Of a DNA stretch of 64,000 bases, positions 50,088-64,000 are shown piece by piece. The first letter of the stretch is position 1. Every line of letters begins with the position of its first letter. This stretch comes from Lingula anatina. Taxonomy: Eukaryota; Animalia; Brachiopoda. The notes under the pieces were generated by a model. It did no database searches. It had not been told where the DNA came from and saw only the letters and a list, made by a program, of their open reading frames with translations. The position numbers and the translations under genes are program-made. The stretch covers positions 16,204,534 to 16,268,533 of the forward strand of contig CM120644.1 in the NCBI GenBank assembly GCA_051362555.1. The letters run 5' to 3'.

Positions 50088-53000
50088 TTATTTGTTTTTT
50101 TCTTCCTCATAATTATCCAAGTCCATCTCATCTAAAATTTCAAAGTCCCCCAGATCTGAATTCGAACTTTCTCTGGACATGGCCTCTGCAGGCTTCGCTT
50201 TTGTTCCCTTCGAACCAGTCGTGGCATCAAGAACACTTCCTCCGAGGCGACTTAGTCCCGCCCAGGCACTGGACGCAACACTGCTGAAAGTCCTGCCAAC
50301 CATGTCGCCAGCTTTTCCAACCAATCCTGACTGAGCGACATGTTTGCTGCGGACCTTCTCCTTAGCATGACTTGCAGTTTCAACATTACTGTCTGCCTCG
50401 TCCTCACTGACGTCTGCTTCATGTGGTGAATGGTCACCATCGTCCATGAGAGCATCATCTCCAACTGGCGAAGAGCGGTCCGATAAATCTGCGGCGTCAA
50501 TATCTGGGAAAACTAGTCCCTGAGCAATTGAACCTCCAATTTCATCATCATCTGATTCTTCGTGATTGAAATGTGATGAAATAAAGGTCATGGCTGCTGC
50601 AGCTGCTGCTGCGGTGGTTTGCGTCTGCTCAGCACCAATAGTATCAACAGCAGTGCCATCTCTAGGGGCAAAGTGTAACCCAACTGACAGAGACTCGTCC
50701 ACGCTGTTGTCATCAAATGCAGGCATCTGTTGTAAACCATGCAAGAGTGAAGACTCGTGGATGGTTCTGTCTCTTTCTACCTCTGGAAAATGAAAAATTA
50801 CACAATTTAAATAACAATAAAATTAGATACATGGTGTCTCAATATACAATGAGACTCATGCGTAAAAAATGCATCTTTTGATCTAGAGACTTCAAATCAA
50901 TGTTTTATTAACTGTCACTATATCAGCTTCCAAGGCAATGTAATCTTGTCTCAGTTTCTCGCCTCAGTAATAAATCATTATCATATTAATGGGTTCCAGG
51001 ATATTGAAACGCCCTGTTATTTGTGAGTAGGAAAAATCTGTTTTTTTAGTAAAAATTTGATTTGGCAGGAAAATGTTTTGCAATTCTTCATCATTACCAT
51101 CTGTGTCACTATTGGCAAAGGATGGCTCCCGTGACAGCCTCGGAGTGAGAACTGACGGCGAAGACGTCTCATCCTCACTGTCTGTGATAGCCCTGGCGAG
51201 TGCTGCTGTTATTTCTGGATCAGTGGTTGGCGTAAAAGCATCTATATCACTGTCACTGTCCGTCTCTGCTCGATCCTTTGAGGGATCAACAGGCGATTTT
51301 GTACGACCTAAAAGAATAAATCATAAGATTAGAAAATAAATAGATAAATAAATAATAAATACCTGCATTAATTAAAACAAGTTTGTTTTGCCTGTAGAAG
51401 ATCATATCCAATACCCAAATGTGTGCATGATTCAATCATTATTATCAAATGATCAGGGCTGAAAATACTTGCCTTCATAACTTACTAACATATTAAATTT
51501 AAAAGCCTCCTGCAACAACTTGAAAGTAATATTGAATATTTAAAGGTAAAATTGAATGTGTTCAAGACATATACTTAACAAGCATATTATTAACAAGAAT
51601 ATTACACAACAAAATATAATAAATAATATTAATAAACATTTCAAGAAAATCCAACATAAAATCAAATTTTGAACCTACTTTTCCGAGTTTTTCTCCTCCT
51701 AATTTTCAATTTATATTCCATCTTCATCATCATCGGCTCAATGTGTATATAGAATTTTTGTAGCAAGTTATGGTAAACCACACATGGCCAAAGCAAAATG
51801 CTCATCACTGAATATGAAAAGGAATCATATTCTTATTCAATTAATTAATTAATTAATGGCAAATGAAGAATGCATATCTTGGGCTCTTTGCACGTGTTAA
51901 CTACAGTAGCTAAATGGTTCGAGGTATTGATAACCTTAATAGCCTGGCAAAATACTTTAGTTAAATACAAGAAGAGTATCTATCATAAACTCAACTTATG
52001 ATTTTTATGTTTTTTTTTTTTTTTTTTTTTTTTTTTGCAAAGTATCAACAGACAAACATTGGATGACACATTTCTGTTCAAAAAATTTCATAAATTTCTC
52101 AACGGAAAAAAGCTGAGAATCAAGAATAATTCTTAGGACGACAATGGATAAGTGCATAAAAGGAAAATGATTTCCATTTTTTTATAACTTGATGAATAAA
52201 TTCTTATATTAAGAAATCCTTTGGTTTTTGCTACCAAGTCTCCTTACCTATTATATAAGATATCATTATCCCTGGGATATAGTGCCCTATGCCAGCCAAA
52301 CAAAAACTCCCAGTACATATCAGAATACAAAACTGGAAATGAAATCATAGTATTACATATATATACATAAAATATTAATAATTATAATAAATATTAGCTA
52401 TTTATAGTCTATGAGAAGTATCACAGAAGTAACTGGCTCGCGCTGCCAGTAATTACACCGCGGGATATTAAGGGCAGAGACCGTGATCACAAGATACAGC
52501 GAATAGAAAATAGATTTTTAGCAAATAGACTTTCCATGTGAACGGTCCACTAAAATGTTCAGTAGACTTACAGGGGTAAAATGAACAGAATAAGATGAAT
52601 ACAGTCATTATATAAATAAACAGACAGCTGAAATATTAAGTAATTTGCAATAATGAATAGCAGCGAAAATTTGCCACAACAGAGGTAGTACATTTTACCT
52701 AGTAAGCACTTTTCTTTAAAATATGCCAAATCATTTATACTTATCCTAGTGCAATTGTCAGAATGATTTTTTTAATCAAAACTTTTATATCACGTCTCCA
52801 AATAATACATTTTTAGGGTAAAATGATTTGCAATAGGCAGTAAGGATGAAAAACAGAAGGTGCAAGTTGTTCATAAGCTTATTGTAAACACCGACTGCTC
52901 TTTTTTTTTTGAAGGAGAGTGGAGTTGGAGGGGGGAGGGCTTAGGTGGTTCTAAATGGAACACACCTGACACTAAAATATTTCAAATCTAAGTTGACCCA

Positions 53001-56000
53001 ATACTCATTTTCAAATATGACTTGCTTTAGATAGTCTAGGAGGTAAACTAGAAAAGCACTCAGAGAGCGCAGACCTCCGCCAAGGCAGCAAAGTCTCCAT
53101 CCAATGCCGTTTCACCCCTAAATTTTCATTCTATAATGATTTAGTTTTTTGATTATTACAGGGGTGAAAACATAACCTCCTTGGCGTAGGTAAAAAAGCC
53201 TGAGTGATACTCGTTTGAACATTATCATCAAAGACAACGCTAACAATATATCACCTTTCCTGGATGCCTTTTTCTCATATTCCACAGCAGATGAGAATAA
53301 ACTGATGCTGTCACCCACATTTCCGCTGCGTAGCGACTGATCTCAGGCACGCTCATTAAGTGAGGCTGTACGGAAACCCAGCTGAAAAAGAGAAAGCAAA
53401 AAATAAAAATATTATTTGATAAGGACACATTATGAGCATTCAGGGATGAAAAAGGACCTTAAAGATGCCAACTCTGACAGTCATAGCAGACAAAGGTGAT
53501 GGTTTTTTGTATAGACACGATGAGTGTGTACATTTAAAGCCTGAAAATGCAAGCACTGAAGACACACATTGGTCTTGGACTCCGTTCACATGAAAAATCT
53601 ATTTTCTAGAAATCTATTTCCTATTCGCGGTATCTTGTGATCACTCCGAGCGCAGCCGAGAATTAATAACAGCCTTGGAAGTAACTGGCTCGCACTGCCA
53701 GTAATTACGCCGCGGGGTATTCAGGGCACAGACCGTGATCACAAGATACCGCGAATAGGAAATAGATTTCTAGAAAATAGATTTTTCATGTGAACTAAGC
53801 CCTAAACATGGGAGGGCAAGGGAGCATAAATACAACACCCAAATATCTGAGTAATTCCACGAGCCTATTGGCAATATACTTAAATTATAAATCAAAAATT
53901 TTTACATTCCTGGAAACTGCAACACTTTCCCAATACAGTTGACAAAATTATGATCTGTTAGTTTCTAAATTTTAAGTCACTCATAATAATGGAGACAGAG
54001 TGGCATATTTTATTGGATTTCCCAGTTCAACTCAAATAATCTTCACCCTTGCTTGCCCAAAATAGTTCAACATAACCACCAGATGTTAGCACATATGATA
54101 CTAAAGAGAACAGCAATGATTATGATATCTACCACCAGTTGGCAGCACCTTAAGAAGACAGAACTGGTGTCTGACCAATATTGAATTTTACTGTAGTTAA
54201 CTGTAGTCAACACAAAGCATAAACCTAGTATAATTTGGTTTCAACAGGCAACATGAATAATATATTGCAAACTGACAACGGGAAAATTAAGAAATTGCAC
54301 AGGGCAATGGAATGAACTAAAATGTACCTACTAGTAACAAATAAAATCCCATAACAATATAAACAATTTGCTAGAAACTGAATTATATACTAATAAACAG
54401 AACAGCAAAAGCTAAAAGTTATAATCACCTGTCAGTATCTTCTCCTGGGGATGGTGGGGCTGAAAGACAAAAATATAAAAGTAAGCTGAAGGTTTTATAA
54501 TGGTCAGCCTGCTAGTGATTTCATTTTGCAAGAGCCTGGTTCTCAAAAATAACTTAGAATCAAAACTGGGTTTTATCTTAATTCACAAAGTTCTCATTTT
54601 ATTCTAATATGCTACTATAAAATTAATTTATTTAATACAGGGCTAGGATTTATTCATTCAATTTATAGATTTACAAGCCATGCATTTGTGCATAATTTTG
54701 TGTTCCACCACAGTTTTGTACTGGAAAAGTATATCTGCTTTAGCTATTTCAGCAACTGTTTACATAAACATTGTTGCTAAGACTGCTCTGCTTTTCCTCA
54801 AAGTGCAGATTTCTTATAGATGCATAAATTTTTAACCAAAAGACAGACAGACTCATGTTAATTAAAAAAAAAATTAATCTTATCAGTGCTGAAATACTCC
54901 ACCCTGTCCAAAACAAGCTTGTTTACTTATTGCCCCCCCACCCCCCTTTACAACTTACCTTTTATTTCTGGCCATATATGATTTTGCCAAGTATCCAAGA
55001 GGAAAAACAACATTGCAGTGATTGCAAGAAGGCAGAAAGCACGGATGCATGTTGTTGTAGCCAACCTAAAATTGAGCATGAAAAATCATTTTTAAAAAAT
55101 CATGGTTGATATAAGAATAGATAACCTAGGAATAGACTGCTAAGATTTGTAGCTATCAATATTTTCAACTCTGAAATATGAAATCTCAATTTTTAAGTCT
55201 TTTAGGGTATAAGCAAACCAAGTCGAATGGGTGAAATTTTGACAATTTTACACACAGACATGATCATAATGATAAGCCAAATGGTTATCCCAAACACATG
55301 TTTTGAAAACAAAAGTGCTATTGTTTACTGGAAGTCAGCTGTACTTATGGTATGGGGCTAGCTATCCAGCTGAGCCCTTATCTTAAAACTTTATGAGAAG
55401 CAGGCCTGAGGGTTATCCCTTTAAGGAATGGGGCATGCAGTGCAACATTGTGCTTACGGTGTTAAGCTTCACAATGTTGTTAAGTGGGTGTTAAAAAAAC
55501 AATCCTATACTAGTAGTTAAAGATTAATATTTTTGGAAATGCTAATGTGTGGGTGGGTATGTGGGTCAAGGGGTGCTTCTTGAACATTATTTTCTTTTCC
55601 CCTGCATCTGTTTCTGTATGCTCTATGTGAAATGCTGACATAAATTTATCATTACATGACATTATCCAGATTGTCATCTCAGCAATGATGCAAATACATT
55701 GACGTTTGGTTGCATAATCTTAACACGTCAAACAGAGGGCCTTAACTCTGCACACACACACACTCCAATATACGTTATACATATAAGACTTGAATGCATT
55801 GCATTTAACAGGGTGTTCCAGCCGGAAGAAGCACCGATCAAAATATTTTCTGCCGACTACTTACCAAAATACAACGTTTACTCCCAATAACATGACAGCC
55901 GATTGACCTGGTTTCTCCCAGACTAAAATGCTCTGTGCGTGCATAACATGAGGCTCTATTGAATTCAACAAGTCCCTTAGTTTTTGCTCTTTGTAACTGA

Positions 56001-56091
56001 CTCGTCGCTGGATCTCCTCTGCTTGCAGATCGCCCATAAGGGGACGGAGAAATGCACCAAGAAATCCATCAGCTGTGTCCGCAGCCATCAT
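50088..56091 (-). CDS. RETREG3: Reticulophagy regulator (FAM134 family ER-phagy receptor), ~536 aa
   Basis: Exons 56091-55865, 55065-54959, 54459-54429, 53381-53255, 52332-52248, 51807-51679, 51307-51098 and 50782-50088 total 1611 nt with consistent phases. Reticulon-homology motifs [29 protein letters not shown] and YIPG are present, plus [10 protein letters not shown] and the C-terminal LIR DFEILD. Confidence 0.92.
52426..52545. mobile_element. Half copy of the 53584-53795 MITE
   Basis: Matches ~53678-53795. Confidence 0.7.
53045..53195 (+). mobile_element. Short HINE/Helentron-like element, same family as 46130-46366
   Basis: aaactagaaaagcactcagagagcgcagacctccgccaagg...ggggtgaaaacataacctccttggcgtaggtaa. 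Confidence 0.55.
53584..53795. mobile_element. MITE with perfect 61-bp inverted arms
   Basis: 53584-53644 is the exact reverse complement of 53735-53795. Confidence 0.85.
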
Positions 56092-56437
56092 TTACAATGT
56101 TTTGATGTGACGTCATCGAGTAGAGATATTTCCCACAATGCATTTCGACACCAGATTATTTTTCTAATGATTTTAATATTGAAGGCGATAATTAGATAAC
56201 ATTTAGCTCAGAAATCAATATAAACAACCAGTAATCTTGTTTTATGTATCTTTTTAATGATTTTTGAATAGTTTAACTACCTCGTTCCTTCGGGTATCTT
56301 CGTAGTGACCTACATTTTACCGCCATTTTCGACGGCGATATTTGGCAGGTTTCCTACAGTTAAAATATCCCAGTGTGATTATCGGAAAAGTTGACGGTCA
56401 ATTTAGATTTCACGCGCATTGCGTCAAGTCTGCCAAA
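56092..56437. promoter_or_regulatory. Bidirectional promoter between RETREG and gamma-tubulin
   Basis: 346 bp separate the divergent ATGs. Motifs: TGACGTCA (CRE) 56108-56115, TTCCCACAATGCATT (ZNF143/Staf-like) 56130-56144, TGACCTACATT (RORE-like) ~56306-56316 and CCGCCATTTT (YY1-like) 56320-56329. Confidence 0.7.
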
Positions 56438-62731
<6,294 letters not shown>

Positions 62732-64000
62732 CTGAGAAGTCAGGACGATTTTGAAGATTTCAGTGACGTCTTTATAATACACCACACATGAAAACATTAA
62801 ACAGATCATTATGAACTGACTAGAGCACAGCTGAGCTTTGCTGGTAACAAGAACTGCAAAGGAAGTTTTTATCATCGCTTGCTTGGATGGTATCAGCAGA
62901 AATGGCCTGTTATTCTTGACAAAGCCATTTAATGCTTGACTTCCATTGATGGTGTCATTTTCAATTTGGAAATGCACCAAGAATAACATGGAGTTTGCGT
63001 TGACATGTTTGTGTATCTTTTGTGAAAATCATCCAGTTTGCTGGGACAAGCGGTTCTTCCCACTCCTCTCTGAGATGACCCCGTTTGTAAATCTTCGTGA
63101 CAGCTTTTTTACGTGACTGGTTTAAAGAATTAAAGAGCATTATGAGAAAATGTTGGGAAGGAATGCTGTAGAGAACTGTTAATTATCTTGAACATATTGC
63201 TGTTGAAAAGAACTGAAAGCCATTTTGAACAATTCTAAGAACTTTTGACACGGCTGGACCTCGTGTTGAGTTGACATGGCTGGTGGCTCTGTTTGCACGC
63301 CTCAGATGTCCTGGGGTTTTAAACCGTCCTCGCAAAGAATCTTGGTTTCAGAACCTTATGGTTCGTAGGCACTTAAGTGACCAGATCCTTGAAGGCAATT
63401 GTCTTACGCTGTGAATACAGAAAAAAAAGTGTCTGTGGTGAATAGCCAATTAAAAGTTAACTGTTATGGTAAGGAAGTATCTGTCCTTAGATCTTAAATT
63501 ATTTATTATGTTCACATATATAACATTTGGCCAAGTGCCAGATATACGAATAGCTTAAAAATGAAAAATGAAATTTTGTTTTTGCAAAACCCCACCTCTT
63601 GTTTTATTTATTTACATGAAATTATTGCTAAACCTTGAAATTTTGAAGTGGAAATCGGTCTCAAGCTTAATAGGCCTTTGGAGAAACTTATGACTTTGAG
63701 CAGATAAGACAGCTGATGAATTTTTAGCTGTCAGCCGAATTGTTTGTGATTTGACATGTAATGTCAGTTCACCTGTTGATTAAAGTATTTAAGTTGGCAG
63801 TTTTTCTATATCTCGTATGCATATAATCAGCTGAATAATCATTACTATTATTATTATTATTTTGAGAATATTTAAAGTCCTAAGCAGAAAAAAAAAACTG
63901 AAAATGTATCTTAAAAATTTATTTTTGAAAGTGGTCAATAAAGTTTTAACATAACACCTAAAGATGTTTCTCCATGCAAGGGTTCCTATCTGTCAAAAGG

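Overview
AT-rich, intron-rich, microsatellite-laden eukaryotic DNA, most likely from a marine invertebrate; I cannot identify the species from sequence alone. Most ORF-track entries are spurious, so genes were rebuilt by hand from splice signals. From left to right the window holds: (1) the signal-peptide first exon of a minus-strand gene, with a perfect CLEAR box upstream; (2) a cluster of sarcoplasmic Ca-binding protein / Renilla luciferin-binding-protein-like EF-hand genes, with two intact 3-exon copies (8890-10988, 12175-13736) and three internally deleted copies in a ~2.9-kb tandem array (20630-28605). Every copy has a 30-codon first exon that looks like a mitochondrial presequence; (3) a gene encoding a chitin-binding-like domain, 3 TSP1 repeats and a WxxW domain (33346-40984, 5' end not found), with a decayed Tc1 element in an intron; (4) a FAM134/RETREG ER-phagy receptor gene (minus, 50088-56091) head-to-head with gamma-tubulin (plus, 56438-62731) across 346 bp, the same arrangement as human RETREG3-TUBG1. 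Many fold-back MITEs, Helentron/HINE-like elements and minisatellites fill the rest. The most novel-looking item is the apparently mitochondria-targeted, expanding SCP/luciferin-binding-like EF-hand family.
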